DNA from: Heptranchias perlo
Taxonomy: Eukaryota
Reading direction: 5' to 3'
Assembly (NCBI RefSeq): GCF_035084215.1
Contig: NC_090336.1
Span: forward strand, 21,638,001-21,702,000
DNA length: 64,000 nucleotides
In this document: one piece after another, positions 11,898 through 25,607 of the stretch
Position numbering within the stretch: position 1 is the first letter of the stretch
How the letters are laid out: every line of letters starts with the position of its first letter
Program-made: the position numbers and the translations under genes
The notes under the pieces: generated by a model
The model's database searches: none
What the model saw: only the letters and a program-made list of their open reading frames with translations
Told to the model about the DNA's origin: nothing

Positions 11898-12024
11898 CCA
11901 CATTCTGACCTGTATGGGCTGATTCAAGTGATGATAGTCATGTTTGGGGAGGAGCCTCCAGTCTTTTCGAGGCCAGCTGCACCTCCAACATTTCCACAGT
12001 ACCAAGCCACAGGACCTCCAACCA
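11898..12024 (+). CDS. TSG101: TSG101 coding exon 5 (end of UEV, start of proline-rich region)
   Basis: ttcag|CCA...ACCA|gtaag; 127 nt; PHSDLYGLIQVMIVMFGEEPPVFSRPAAPPTFPQYQATGPPT. Confidence 0.95.
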
Positions 12025-14174
12025 GTAAGTAGCTTTCTGAGAAAGACTGTGTGTGATTAAAACTGCATGTAGGGTAGATTAAATTTTATTCTTTTGAATC
12101 CATGAACATGTAAGACTGTCTCTTGGTAGCTTCTGACCTATTTCTTTTGCTTCATTTTCCTCCCCTCCTGTTGTGAGAGTTCAATAACTCATGTTGAGGT
12201 GCATATCCATAGTTGAGCTCCAAGACCGTGCCTAAATGGTCATTCTTGATGTGAAAGCCTAGGCAGTAAGTATTAGCGGGCTAATTGACAACGAAACCTA
12301 ATCCTGTCTGTACCCACTAAATCAACATGCCCCTTTTTCGTCGAGGCCAGTGGACAGCTATCAGCAGAAGAAAGCTTCAGTGATTGACTCCTCCCTAACC
12401 CATGAACACTGAAGCCAATATTGGCAATAGTGCTGCTTCGGCTGAGATCAGCTAACTTAATACCAATGAGGAGTAGCACCTGGACCTTTTTGGTCTGGAT
12501 GGCTCAGTTACACACTGGCTTTACATGTCTCGGATTGCACGTGTTACCCTTTGAAGACTTTGGTTCTCAGTTTTACTACAGAGCTATAAACTGCTAGTAA
12601 TTTTTAGCTCTGGCTTACACTGCACCTTTTATTATCAGCTGAATATATGGAAAAATCCCAGGGGAGAGTGGGTCCTGGAAAATCCTGTGCTTTTAAAAGA
12701 TATTGAGATAGAATTTCCGTGAGAGTTCTTCAATCTCCCTCTTATGCTGTTTCTCCAGGGTTTCTGACTATCTTCCACTGAAGTACAGTGGGACATCAGG
12801 AGAAGCCCTATAATTACTGACTCTTATATCTTCAGCTCTGCAAACCTCCTCCTGCGATGCTTCCTCGGTTGCTGTTTCCTGTCAGGATCCATCACATTTG
12901 GGGTTCCCCCACAGATGAAAGTGGTTCTGAAGGTGGTTTATATTCGCTTTTTTAGTGTTCTAGTCTGTGCCTACCTATACTGCAGTGATTCGTTGTTGGG
13001 TGCTGGGCTTTGTTGTGCAAACAGAGACTCGATCGCAGAAGAGCTCCAGACGAATCCTTAATCTTTTACCTTAGCTCCACGCCAAGGCACCATTTGGGGT
13101 TTACCATTTAATTTATGCCTATGCGTTAATGATGCCTGAATTTTGCTCACCAAACTGATCTAGGTCAACCAATTCAGATTATATTAGTGTTTACACTGCT
13201 AACCTCCCATCAGGATCTGCTCAGGTGCTGAGTGAATGAATTTTTCTTGCCAATTATCAAGAAGTCATCAGACAACAAAGTCAAACACTTGCTTATTAAC
13301 CTCAGAATCATAGTTAGCAGCCCTCAAGTACATAGTATGCAAATAATTTGTAGATGGTGTTAATTTACAATAAATAATGGATTACAAAGACAGTTCAGTT
13401 TTCACATTAGAACAGCGTGCAGCCACTCAGAAGGTAATGTTTAAGGGCATTGTTTATCCAATACCTACAAAGGTAGTTCAGTTATGTCATATTAATTCAG
13501 CATTAACTGCTTGCTTAGGAACATAGGAATGCTGATAAATTTATAGTTGAGATCAGTGTCTGGGATTGATTTAAGATTAGACTCCTTAGATAGCTGACAA
13601 GTTAACAGTATTAGATAGCCAGTCTAATAAATAGATTAAAATTTATATGCTTGTAGATAGCAATGTTTCCAGAACTTATACGACTTTGTGCTTACGAGCT
13701 TGTGTGGACGAACTGGTTGCCTCGCTTTCCTCTGGGAGGATGATCTTAGCCTTCTGTGATCAGAGTGTTAATCTTCCATCTGTAGAGATGCTATTAGTTC
13801 CTCCGTTCCTGGATATATTCCATGTTGGTACTGTAACTGTTTTAAATCTCACTTTCCTTGATCTCGGGGGAAAACGTACACATCTAAGTGACACATGCAT
13901 CTAGCTGCTTTATCTGTATAATCTTAACTTCTGTAACATTTCTCTCTTCCCTGTTGGAGTTGCATTTTCAATTTTGCAGAGACGCCCTTCTACGTGTACT
14001 AGACAAAGTACTCCTACACCGACTATTACAAAGACTACTTCAAGAACTACTAAAAGAACTAGAAATAAATTAAGAACTGTAAGACTGAAGACTGTAGTGT
14101 CAAAAACACTATCGTATATAACCTTAATTTCCATAGAAACCTCCTCTATTCTATTGACTGGTCTGAGTGACACA

Positions 14175-14912
14175 TACATAGAATTACATAGAATGTACAG
14201 CACAGAAACAGGCTGTGCAAGTGGAAACATCTTCTCCAAGTCTACCCTATCAAACCCTTTCAAAATTTTAAAGACCTCTATCAGGTCACCCCACAGTCTT
14301 TTTTCTAGAGAAAACAATCCCAGCCTGTTCAATCTTTCCTGATAGTATAACCTCGCAGTTCTGGTATCATCCTAGTAAATCTTTTTTGTTCCTTCTCCAG
14401 TGCCTCTATCTTTTTTATATCTTGTTATGGAGACCAGAACTGTTCACGGTACTCCAAGTGTGGTCTAACCAGGGTTCTATACAAGTTTAAAATAACTTTC
14501 CTGCCTTTCAATTCTATTCCTCTAGAAATGAATCCCATTGCTTTGTTTGCTTTTTTAATGTCCTTATTAACCTGCGTCACTACTTTTAGTGATTTGTGTA
14601 TCTGTACCTCCAGATCCCTCTGCTCCTCTACCCCATTTAGACTCTTATTTTCCATGCAGTATGTGGCCTCCTTATTCTTCCTACCAAAATGTACCACCTC
14701 ATACTTATCTATATTGAAATTAATTTGCCAAGTACATGCCCATTCTGCAAGTTTGATGTCTTCCTGTGTTTTGTCGCAGTCTTCCTCAGTATTAACTATG
14801 CGCCCCCCCCCCCAATTTGGGGTTGTCCGCAAATTTTGAAATTGTACTTCCGATTCCCGACTCCAAATTGATTATGTAAATAGTGAAGACCAATGGTCCC
14901 AGCACCGATCCT
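14175..14912 (-). mobile_element. CR1-type LINE fragment
   Basis: YRTLVRPHLEY...QFWSP and LGLFSLEKRL motifs; ATTCTATGT-type tail. Confidence 0.85.
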
Positions 14913-17427
14913 TTGTTAGAAGAGTTCAGCCCTTCTGGTGTCAGTCACCTCACATAGCTCTGTTGGTACCCTTGATGACCTTCAAATCAATGAAGCAGCA
15001 GCACCTACATATGCCAAGTCACTTGTTTACTCCCTGGCTTTTCAGGCCTTTGCTGAAAAGAAGTCCCTCATAGGCCCAGATAAAGCAGGATATCTTTAGG
15101 TCCACCTAACGAGCCGCCTCCAGCCCTGTGGGTCTTGATAGGTTGTCTTCTGTCCCTGGTAAGGAATGTTTTGTTTGTATAAGTATTCATGGCTTAATTA
15201 GCATTAGCCCTTTCCTAACATTCGGTCTGACTACTGACTCCATTTTGAGGACACATTTTAATGCAATTTTTGGGGCAGTTCTCCTACAATGAGTCATCTG
15301 GTGTCTGCTGGCTGACCAAGTTGCTGCTGTTCTAGTTTCAGGTTTGAGATCAGTGGCAGGTGAGGGCTGCAAGGTTGTGGTCCTTTGAGTGAATGGTTAT
15401 GTGGGCTGCAGTTGTAGTCCCAGAGTCTGAGCTCTGGATGTAACTACTTGTGGAGTGGCAGTTGGTCAGGTTTCTGGTCAGGTTGTTTCAGAGAACAGTC
15501 TTCACAGTGGTCTGAATCTGTTGGGATATCTGTTTTTCCTTTGCGTGTTGTCTGGGGGCTTGTTTAGTTGCTGTCACTGTTGAGCTGGGGAAAATGGAAT
15601 AGAAGACCTTTAACTTCCCGATTGTCCATGTTTGGATTGGGATTGGTGTTGGGGTGCTCATTCGATCACTACATCCACTTGGTTAAAGTCTGGTAGGGTT
15701 GTTTGGGTGATGGGGACTGTTACTCGGCTGACCACTGTTTTCTTGACTGAAGATTCTGATTGTGCTGCTTCTCTCCTGTTGTCAAGACTATCCAGTTTCT
15801 GCGTGACCATTTGGTCCATGCCATGCCTGTGTTCCAGCCTGAGTAGGCAGTCTTTGATTGCATTGCTTCATGCCTCTGTCGTTTCTGTATGGTTCTCCAT
15901 TTGCCATTTCTGTACATATGGCAGGCAGTCATCACTGCTGTAAATTATCTGGTCTCGGCAAACATTGCTGCAAAGCCCCAGTGGGCTGAGTCCGGGCGTT
16001 AGTGCTTCCCTTTGAGTGCTAGGTGGAATGCTCCGGCGAGGGCAGAGTGGGTCTTGTGGACCTGTACCTATGCTTTCTGCCAGCCCTGGAGGCAGTCAGA
16101 TGAGGTGGTCCTGCACTCCCATTCAGCTGTGTCAGCTGCTTGGCTTACGTTGTGTTGTGTTGTGCTGTGCTGGGGTTGGTGGGTCTTTGCTGATTTCTGA
16201 AGTCCCTGTTATGTTGGTAGATGTTTTGGTGCTCTTTGTGGGAGGCCCTGATCCTGAATTTTGCAGGGGTAAGGGAGAACTCCGCTGGATTTTGTTTGCA
16301 GCTTCTTGGATAGACGCAGTTAGGGTGGTGGAGCCGGGTCAACATGTACTCACTGTTGCTCGGATCACACCAGAACTCCACTTACATTCCTTTTTAAAAA
16401 AAAAGGAATGTAATTTGAGAATGAGGTCCAACTTACAACAGGGCAGGAATGACATAATAAAAGCCGAGGACGACAAAGGGTTGCTAGGTTCAGTGAAGCT
16501 TTTTTTAAAATCAAGGCTGATCTTTGAACATTGTGCAAGAGCAACACAGGGTGCAGATTAGTGAGGATATGTTGGGTTCACAAAACAGACTACTGATATG
16601 ATCCCTTGGTTGCTTATTTACCAGCACAGAACTTATTGCCTATTTATTTTATTGACCTTTTCTTCCCCAATACCTTTCTCATGTTTATGGCTAGACTACA
16701 GTTCCCTAACTAGATTGAGTCTCTGTTCCCTGCTGGGTGTGGATTGTGTTGTCATGATAACGATTAACCTTGTAAATCCCTTACTGACGATATGTGGGAT
16801 GTCCACTGTGTTCTCTCGTCACCTCAGAAGGCTGAAAATGGCACCTTTCTAGGCAACTGTGCATAGGCTAAAACTACAGTTGAGATTTATTTCTAGATAA
16901 AAATTATACACAAAAGCAGAAAGGTAGATTAAATAACAACAGTACAATAATTAAACTTCCATTTCACAGAAAGTAGGTTGACTGTACCGAAAAAGTGTCT
17001 TGCAGCTCTTCATAGTACTTTTGAACCAATCAGCTGAGTTCCTTTGAATGACTTTATTTGCAGATCTTCCAAACAAATGCAATGGACAAATATTTCTTGG
17101 AAAAGGAGTAGCTATTTGATCCCTACTGGTTACATTATGTTCCTGAATTACGTGAGCGTCTCTTCCATAGAGTCGCATTGTGTTTCTGCACCTGGTGCAG
17201 CTCGATCAAAATCAAAACTATCTGAAATATCATTATCCAATTCTTGTCGCCATAAAACCCTTTTGAATTGCAGTCTCATCTTTAAGAAGTCAGTGTGCAA
17301 GCCCAACGCAATACCTGCTCAATTCCCACTACATTCACCAATTGCAAACACAAATCGCCCCACGGTGGCTATCTGCGGTATTTGCTAAGAATTGTCAATA
17401 GGCAGGGTCTACAGTATAGACTACTAA

Positions 17428-17900
17428 TCATAGAATCATAGAAGTTACGGCACAGAAGGAGGCCATTTAGCCCATCGTGTCTGTGCTGGCCGATAAAGAG
17501 CTATCCAGTTTAACCCCACTTTCCAGCACTTGGTCCATAGCCCTGTAGGTTACGGCAAATACTTTTTTAATGAGTTGAGGGTTTCTGCCTCTACCACCCT
17601 TTCAGGCAGTGCATTCCAGACCCTCACCACCCTCTGGGTGAAAAAAAAATTCTCCTCAGCTCCTCTAATCCTTCTACCAAATGCTTTGAATCTATGCCTC
17701 CCGGTCACTGACCCCTCTGCTAGGGGAAATGGGTCCTCCCTATCCACTCTATCTAGTCCCATCATAATTTTATATACCTCAATTAAACTTCCCCTCAGCC
17801 TCCTTTGTTCCAAAGAAAACAACCCAGCCTATCCAATCTTTTTTCATAACTAAAATTCTCCAGCCCTGGCAACATCCTCGTAAATCTCCTCTGTACCCAA
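17428..17900 (-). mobile_element. CR1-type LINE 3' fragment
   Basis: FSLEQRRLRGSLIEVYKIM...FFTQRVVRVWNALP; TTCTATGA tail. Confidence 0.85.
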
Positions 17901-18967
17901 TGTATTCTGGTGACAGTAATGATTGTGAAGAAAAGGATAGTAGAGTTTGTCTCATTAATGAAAATGGCTTGACCCCACCAGAAGGATTAAAAAAACATTT
18001 AATTAAGAGCAAACCAAACTGTGACCAAATGGAGTTTTTTTGGCCATGAATTTTTTTTGTAATTTTGAACCAAGCACTCATCCTCAGTAGTTTAAGTGGA
18101 TGTAGTTCGTTCTTGATAGCTACAATTAAAATATTAAGCGCACTTTTTTTTGTCAGAGTTTCTAAAGTGGTTTGTACTTTAGACAATACATTGGCTTAAT
18201 AAATTCAAAGCTTCCAGCTTTAGGAGGGCCTTTTCAAACTAAGAAATACTGCAAAGAAATACAGAAAACTAAACCATGGACAAAATACTCCATTTTTGCC
18301 ACAGTTGGTTTGCTTTTATTTAAGTAGATTTTTGTTGTCTTTCTAGTGGGAACAAGTTTTTGGTTCTTTAATAGTGCTCACAAATGCTCAGAGGTTCCAT
18401 GGCTACAACTAGCACTTGCTGATGAGACGGTGTGTAACCTGTACTTCTGGTGGCCCATCATGTTGGGCAGATGCTGTCTGCTGTGAAGTAATAGGGTGCA
18501 TGGTTGTGGCTGCAACCTCCACACACACGAGGCAATTTGCAGAGAAAAGACGCTATCGCATAGGGAAGGAAACATCAAAGGAGAATCTACTCGGGCAATG
18601 TTGCATGTCTTCTGGAAGCTTGTGATGGTGTGTAATGTGAAAGGAACCTGCGAAAGGGAATAGGAGAGAAAATACCTTCAAAATGAACTTCCCGCTGGAC
18701 CAAAATAAACTAACTATGGCCAAATAATTATGATCAGGTTGGTGGTATTTGCAGGTGATAAGTTCTTTATTCCATATACATGGGGTAAAAGTTGGTCTCA
18801 TCTGATGTTCTGAGCCATACGCACTGTATAAGTGTCTAATGCACAGCACATGACGAAGTTTTTGGTAAGGTTACCACTGAAAAACTTATTGTGATGATTT
18901 TAGATATGCAGACAGTTGCGTGTGCTGTTTTAATGTGTATTGCTGAGTTTTTTTTTCCCTGTTTCAG

Positions 18968-19031
18968 CTTCTTACATGCCTGGAATGCCAGCTGGAGTCG
19001 CACCATATCCGTCAGGCCACACCAATACTGG
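18968..19031 (+). CDS. TSG101: TSG101 coding exon 6 (proline-rich region)
   Basis: tttcag|CT...TGG|gtatg; 64 nt; SYMPGMPAGVAPYPSGHTNTG; phases fit exons 5 and 7. Confidence 0.92.
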
Positions 19032-20386
19032 GTATGATTTATGTTTACCAGAGCTGTAATACAGATTTGTATTTTAAAGCTATGTATGCATTTATTTATT
19101 TGAGTGCCATATTTGGGCACATAATCTAGGCTGATATTCTCCAGCACAGTACTAACGGAGTACTGCATTGTTGGATGTTAAACTGAAGTCCCCTCTACCT
19201 GTAAAAGATCCATGGTACTATTTGAAGAGTGGTCAATCCTCCAATGAAGGCTAGGCTCACCATGCTTTGAGCAAGATCATCAATAAACTGGTGTAAAACA
19301 CTGTCTTTCTCTTGAAAATAATTCAGCCTGACCCTAAAGGATCGCTTTAACAGCTGGCAGTGTTTTAGAACAGGGCTCAGTGAAAGCAAATCCACAACCT
19401 TAAGTCCTCAGAGTCAGAGGTCAGGAAGGAGGTGAATGGTTACTGCTATGATAGCATTTTCTTGACACCCCATAGCCCTGGACTTTCTGCTGTGAAAGTG
19501 GGGTCTGCTCTCAGTAACCAGTATTCAGAATATCTCTGCTGTAGGAACTCTTGATTCTTTCATCAAAGATCCATACCCTTTGCTATTGCACTGCTGCCTG
19601 TCCTTTTTTTTAAATTCATGCTTGGGCTGTGGGCATCCCAAGGTTGGCCTTTATTCCCCATCCCTAGTTATCCTTGAGAAGGTAGTGGGCTGCCCATCTG
19701 GTGAAGGTGCTCCCACAATGCTGTTAGGTAAGGAGTGCCAGGATTTTGACCCACTGACAATGAAGGAACGGTGATATATGTCCAAGTCAAGATGATATGA
19801 GACTTGGAGGTGATGGTGTTCCCATGCACCTGCTGCACTTTTGCTAAGTGGTGGGTTTGGGAGGTGCTGCTGAAAAAGCCTTGGCAACTTGCTACACTGC
19901 AGCCACAATGACTCAATTGCAACACCTGTTCACGTTGACACAGTTTTAATTTTAGTTGTATGTGTGCAAATGCTACTTGCAGCTCAAGTTCTGTAGCTGA
20001 TCCAGCATCTGCCGGAATGATTTTGCAGGCTACGGTTAGATTTAACATACAGAGATGCAGACACTGTGGTGACGACCAGCTTATCAAATATTTTTTTTTA
20101 ATGAAATTGGTGCTGACGTTTCCTTGATTATTTTCCAGTTGCTGAATGCTTGTGTGCTTTAACAATACAGTTAGAAGCTGCATTGAAAACAATCCATGTT
20201 GATCATGCAGTTGTGTAGTTGTTGGGCCCTTGTATCTTTCACAATCTTGCTTAATGTTTCTCTCTGACAGCTGGTGCCCGTGCCAGCCTGCTGCTCAGGT
20301 GTTGTACTTCGCTGTATTTTTTCTTTGTCGTGTTTTAATGGCGCAACAATACTTTCACTCTTTCCATTTTTCCTTCCTGTTTCCAG

Positions 20387-20490
20387 TGGGTTTCCTGGAT
20401 TTCCATATCCCCCTTCAGGCTCATATCCACCAACCACAGGCGCTGCACAGCATCCTCCGTATCCCAGCCAGTCTCCTGCCGCAGGTGTTG
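20387..20490 (+). CDS. TSG101: TSG101 coding exon 7 (proline-rich region)
   Basis: ttccag|T...GTTG|gtaag; 104 nt; GFPGFPYPPSGSYPPTTGAAQHPPYPSQSPAAGV(G). Confidence 0.92.
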
Positions 20491-20604
20491 GTAAGAGAAA
20501 AGAAAGCCTTCATTTTATACGCTAAGTAGCTGGAAGTAATTGTGTTGTAACAAAGCAGAAATGTGATGAAGTCTTATCAGCTTTTTTTGTTCGCAGTTTG
20601 ATCT

Positions 20605-22150
20605 TTGATAAAAAAGGAGGTACTAGAAAGGCTGGCTGTACTTAAAGTAGATAAGTCACTCTGTCTAGATGGGATGCATCCTAGGTTGCTGAGGGAAGTA
20701 AGGGTGAAAATTGCAAGGGTGCTGGCCATAATCTTCCAATTCACCTTGCATATGAGGATGGTGCCAGAGGACTGGAGAATTGCAAATGTTCCACTATTCA
20801 AAAAAGGGAGTAAGGATAAACCTGGCAACTACAGGCCAGTCAGTTTAACCTCGGTGGTGGGGAAGCTTTTAGAAACGATAACCCGGGACACATTAATAGT
20901 CACTTGGGTAAGTGTGGATTAATTAAGGAAAGCCAGCATGGATTTGTTAAGGGCAAATCGTGTTTAACTAACTTGATTGAGTTTTTGATGAGGGCAATGC
21001 AGTTTGATGTTATGTATATGGACTTTCAAAAGGTGTTTGATAAAGTGCCACATAATAGGCTTGCCATCAAAATTGAAGCCCATGGAATAAAAGGGGCAGT
21101 GGCTGCATGGATACGAAATTGGCTAAGTGACAGGAAACAGAGTGTAGTGATGAACGATTGTTTTTCGGACTGGATGAAGGTTATACAGTGGTATTCCCCA
21201 GGGATCCGTGGTTGGACCACTGCTTTTTTTGATATATGTTAATGACTTGGACTTGGGTGCACAGGGCACAATTTCAACACTTACAGATGACACAAAACTT
21301 GGAAGTGTAGTAAACGGTGAGGAGGATAGTGATAGACTTCCAGAAAATATAGACAGGCTGGAGGAATGGGCAGGCATATGGCAAATGAAATTTAACAGAG
21401 AAGTGCGAAGTGATACATTTTGGCAGGAAGAATGAGGAGAGGCAATATAAACTAAATGATACAATTCTAAAGGGGATGCAGGAACAGAGCGACCTGGGGA
21501 TATATGTGCACAAATCTTTGAAAGTGGCAGGACAGGTTGAGAAAGTGGCTTTAAAAAAAGCACACTGGATCCTGGGCTTTGTACATAAAGTACAAAAGCA
21601 AGGAAGTTATGTTGAACCTTTATAAAACACTGTTTCTGCCACAACTGGAGTATTGTGTCCAATTCTGGGCATCACACTTTAGGAAGGATGTGAAGGCCAT
21701 AGAGAGGGTGCAGAAAAGATTTACTAGAATGATTCCAGGGATGAGGGACTTCAGTTATGAGGATAGACTGGAGAAGCTGAGGTTGTTCTCCTTTGAGTAG
21801 AGAATGTGAGAGGAGATTTGATATAATTGTTCAAAATCATGAAGGATTTAGATAAAGTAAATAAAGAGAAACTGTTCCCATTGGTGGAAGGGTCAAGAAC
21901 CAGAGGAGACAGATTTAAGGTGATTGGCCAAAGGCGACCTGGACCTGGAATGTGTTGCCTGAAAGGGTGGTCAAAGCAGATTCACTCGTGGCTTTCAAAA
22001 AGGAATTGGATAAATACTTGAAGGGAAAAAATTGGCAGGGCTACAGAGAAAGAGTGGAGGAATGGGACGAACTGGATTGGTCTTACAAAGAGCCGGCATG
22101 GTCTCGATGGCCCGAATGGCCTCCTGGCCTGTAACCATTCTATGATTCTA
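20605..22150 (+). mobile_element. CR1-type LINE, 5'-truncated, frameshifted RT
   Basis: NYRPVSLTSVVGK, SQHGFVKGKSCLTNL, DFQKVFDKVPH, TDDTKLG; ATTCTATG tail. Confidence 0.9.
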
Positions 22151-22336
22151 TAGGACAGTACACAGGCTCGGGTTGCTTTTCCATTTTGGAGGGAAAGGGT
22201 TTGCAGCTGCATTTAGTATTGGCAAGTGTTAGAACCCGTCTCCACCAATGACGGTCAGGACGGCCAGTCTGTCCAGAGTGTTGCTGGCTCTGTCAATATT
22301 TTTCCACCAATTTTCTCACCTGAGAAAAAAATTCTT

Positions 22337-22467
22337 ATTTTTCCTTCCTGTTTCCAGTGAGTTTCCTGGATTTCCGTATTCCCCTTCAGGCTCATATCCC
22401 CCAACCACAAACAGTGTACAGCATCCTCCATATTCCAGCCAGTCCCCTGCCAAAATCACTTGTTGAG
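22337..22467 (+). pseudogene. Partial duplicate of TSG101 exon 7 with its acceptor; ends in an in-frame TGA
   Basis: 22337-22451 aligns without gaps to 20366-20480; 21-nt acceptor tract identical, 12 mismatches in 94 exonic nt; original donor absent; TGA at 22464-22466. Confidence 0.85.
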
Positions 22468-24557
22468 GTGCAGTCCCATTGGCGCAGAATCTCTCAAGTA
22501 TCTTGCCAAGTGGGCGTTATTCGTTTGTGAGCTGAGGCAGTGAGTGTTGGCTGACTGTTTGATCATGTAGGCAAAGCCAGTTCCTACCTGTCCTCATCTG
22601 ATGTCCACATTTGCATTTTCCTGCAGGGATCAGGAGCAAGAACCTTTGCTGATTTTTCTTTTCCTTCCCTTCCTTAGCCCAAGAGTCTCGAGTCCTATTG
22701 TGATACCTTAATTAGTACCCTGACTGAGATCAGCTAACTCATCAAATGAGATCAAATCTGCGACCTTCTGATTTATATGGCGCAGCCTTTAACCACAAGG
22801 CCATTGAGACAGCTTCTTAATGTCACTGTGCTATATTGGGAGCTGACCTCTGGCTTCCGACAGATCATGCATCAGAAGCCGATTAAGTTTAACAGAAAGG
22901 AATCTTCTGCATTCTGCTGAGTCTAGTAAGCTTGTGCGACTGCAGCAACCGATCTGCACTGGATAACTTGTCTCTCGTTCTTAAAGCAACTACAACACAA
23001 TGTACAGAAATCCCGATTGAGATTGGCCCCTAGTGTAAAACTAGCAATTCTAAACCACTCTATTTTTCATATTTCTTAGAATAGCTATTTGCTTTAATGG
23101 AAAATCAAAGAGGTAGGGTCATTCCAGGAGTTTTGTTTACTCTGAACTCATTTAAGGATCATGCGATGATTCCTCTCCTCCTTTCCACACCCCCTCCCCT
23201 CCACTTTTCACTGTAAAGGAGTCCACACAAGTGCTTTTTTTCTAGTCAAGAGTGGGATTTCACTGACACCAGTTCTTTAAAAGCCTTTCATTTTCAACAT
23301 TGTTTGATTTGATTCTGTATTGTACCTTTGACCTGGTCAAAGGGTATTTTTAAACACTTATATTTATTTTTCATTTATTGACCATCCCACAGTTGAGAAG
23401 CTAAAAGGGCTCCAGTTCATGCCCATCCCAGGGTTTTCATTTTGTGTTTCCTGCCACAAGGTCCTTTCAGCAACAGGTGATCATTCAAAGTTACTTCATT
23501 GTCTTTCATAGAAACACAGCATCAAAGATTATGAAGTTTCACACAGTTCTCTGAAAGTTTGTTGAAGATAACTGCAACACTGAAAGATAATGGGCTTCGC
23601 TCTGTGCGTTTCTCCTGACACTTTTTCAGAATAAGACCTGCAGTGGAAATGTAAAAAAGGAAGCTAGGCACTTCAGAGACTGCAGTATTGTGGGACTGGT
23701 CCTGCTTTGAGAGCACAGATTGAGATGGGCTGTATTATTGTCCAGCAGAGAAAGCAGACGATTTTTCTGCAGCCTAGCATCTTTTCTCTGGCTCTTATCC
23801 TAATCCCTTGGTATCTTTGCTGTGTGGTGCGAAGTGCATCTGGCTTTGAGCTCCTTGGAGAGAGGTTGATGTCACCTTAGATGTTGTGCAAGTATTTCTG
23901 GCTGGCTCAACGGTCAAGAGTTGCAGCACAGAAATCTCTCAAACTGGGTCCGTTGATCTTGCTGCTCTGAATGACACGTGGCTGGTGGTCCCCATGGTCT
24001 TGAATTCTCTGTTGCTCTCCAAGTGATTCAACAAGTTTATCCAGTGAGTAGCTGATTTACAGAGATCTGGAAGGTCCACACTTCAGTCACAAATGTGTAC
24101 TGAGTTAGCTGATCTCAGTTAGGCTGCTATGTTTGGTCTGAGCACTCCTGAATTAGGACAGTAAAAATCGACCTGATCACAAGTGCATGTGTGTGTTGAT
24201 GTTGGATGAGGACACGATTGGCTCGACTGCGATGGCCCCAATGATCAAATAGGCTGCAGATACCCACCGGTGAGGCCACTTGGGTGAGGTACTGGGTGGC
24301 AACTTTATGCCCATGGAACCGTACCCTGGCAAGGAGTCATTTCCTTTGGGGGGTGGGGACGTGGGGAGGGGAGTGTGAAATGACCAGGAAAGAGAGGGAA
24401 AAAGTCATAATTTGGAATCTGCTCTAAATCTCAAGCACAGTAGGTTGAGGTTTCCAACAATGTTCAAAGAACTGCCTATATAAAAAAAAATAGACAATCA
24501 ATCAGATCCCAGGGTATTTGACGGCAGTGATGGGGCAATATGCTGTTTGTGTTACAG

Positions 24558-24760
24558 GTCCTGCCAGAGATGCCACCATCAGCGAGGATACGATCCGTGC
24601 TTCTTTGATCTCTGCGGTTAGTGATAAACTGCGCTGGCGGATGAAAGAAGAAATGGATCGTGCTCAGGCTGAACTTGATGCCCTCAAACGAACAGAAGAG
24701 GACTTGAAGAAAGGCCACCAGAAGCTGGAGATGATGGTCAGTCACTTGGACCAAGAAATG
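24558..24760 (+). CDS. TSG101: TSG101 coding exon 8 (coiled coil)
   Basis: ttacag|GT...ATG|gtaag; 203 nt; PARDATISEDTIRASLISAVSDKLRWRMKEEMDRAQAELDALKRTEEDLKKGHQKLEMMVSHLDQEM. Confidence 0.97.
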
Positions 24761-25607
24761 GTAAGTCTGAACCACTGAACAGGATTGCTAAGCCTTTCAA
24801 AACCGGTAATCTCACATAATGGTGGCTGGTCTCATCAGCAATACCACAGTTCAGAGACTAGAAAGACCATGTCAATCATTTAACTTACTTCTGATCCAAT
24901 TTTACCAAGGCAGATTCTAAAGGTCATAGTGACACTCTGCAATTCTTTTCCCTTACTAAAGATGCATCCTATCAGTTGGGATAGTCATGATAGAGGGCTG
25001 TTTGGTCAACAATTGTGTGAGCATATTTGATCAGAGAATGTGAGAAGAGCCTTCTCCTTTGTACAGAGATGCCACACAAATCTAGGATTTAGTATGTGCA
25101 ATAATGAATGTCTGGAGAAGCCCTATAATTTGGAACATAACAGAATTACTCAACTCTCAGCCAATTTATGTACATGTCTGGCATTGGCTGACGGCACCAG
25201 CAAAATACCCTAGTTGCAGAATTAAGCAAATTTCCTTAGCTTCCCCTCTTCCTTTCAAAGATTGGCTCACAATTTGGGATCCAGTCTCATGGCAGCTCTG
25301 TTCGATTACTAACCTCTATCCTTCACTCTACATTCCATTTATCATAAAGCTTTCCTCAGAGGAAAGAGGATAGAGCAAGTTATTGGACTGATGTAGGCAT
25401 GACTCAGGGTAGCACTGTCAACAGACAGCTCTGAATTGATTCTCAGATGTTTTTGAAATTTGTCCCATGAATGTCCATCTGTGTGGTTTGTAAATTATAT
25501 TCCTGTAATGTGTCATATCTACTTCACAACCTTTTTATAAAAATCTGATTACTCCAGCTGTTGTCATGTTTGAGAATTCATAGACTCAAAGTCTGTCACT
25601 TTCCCAG

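Noticed and set aside
16951-17388. Short ORFs in TSG101 intron 5
   Set aside because: No recognisable domain, splice pattern or codon signal that I can support.
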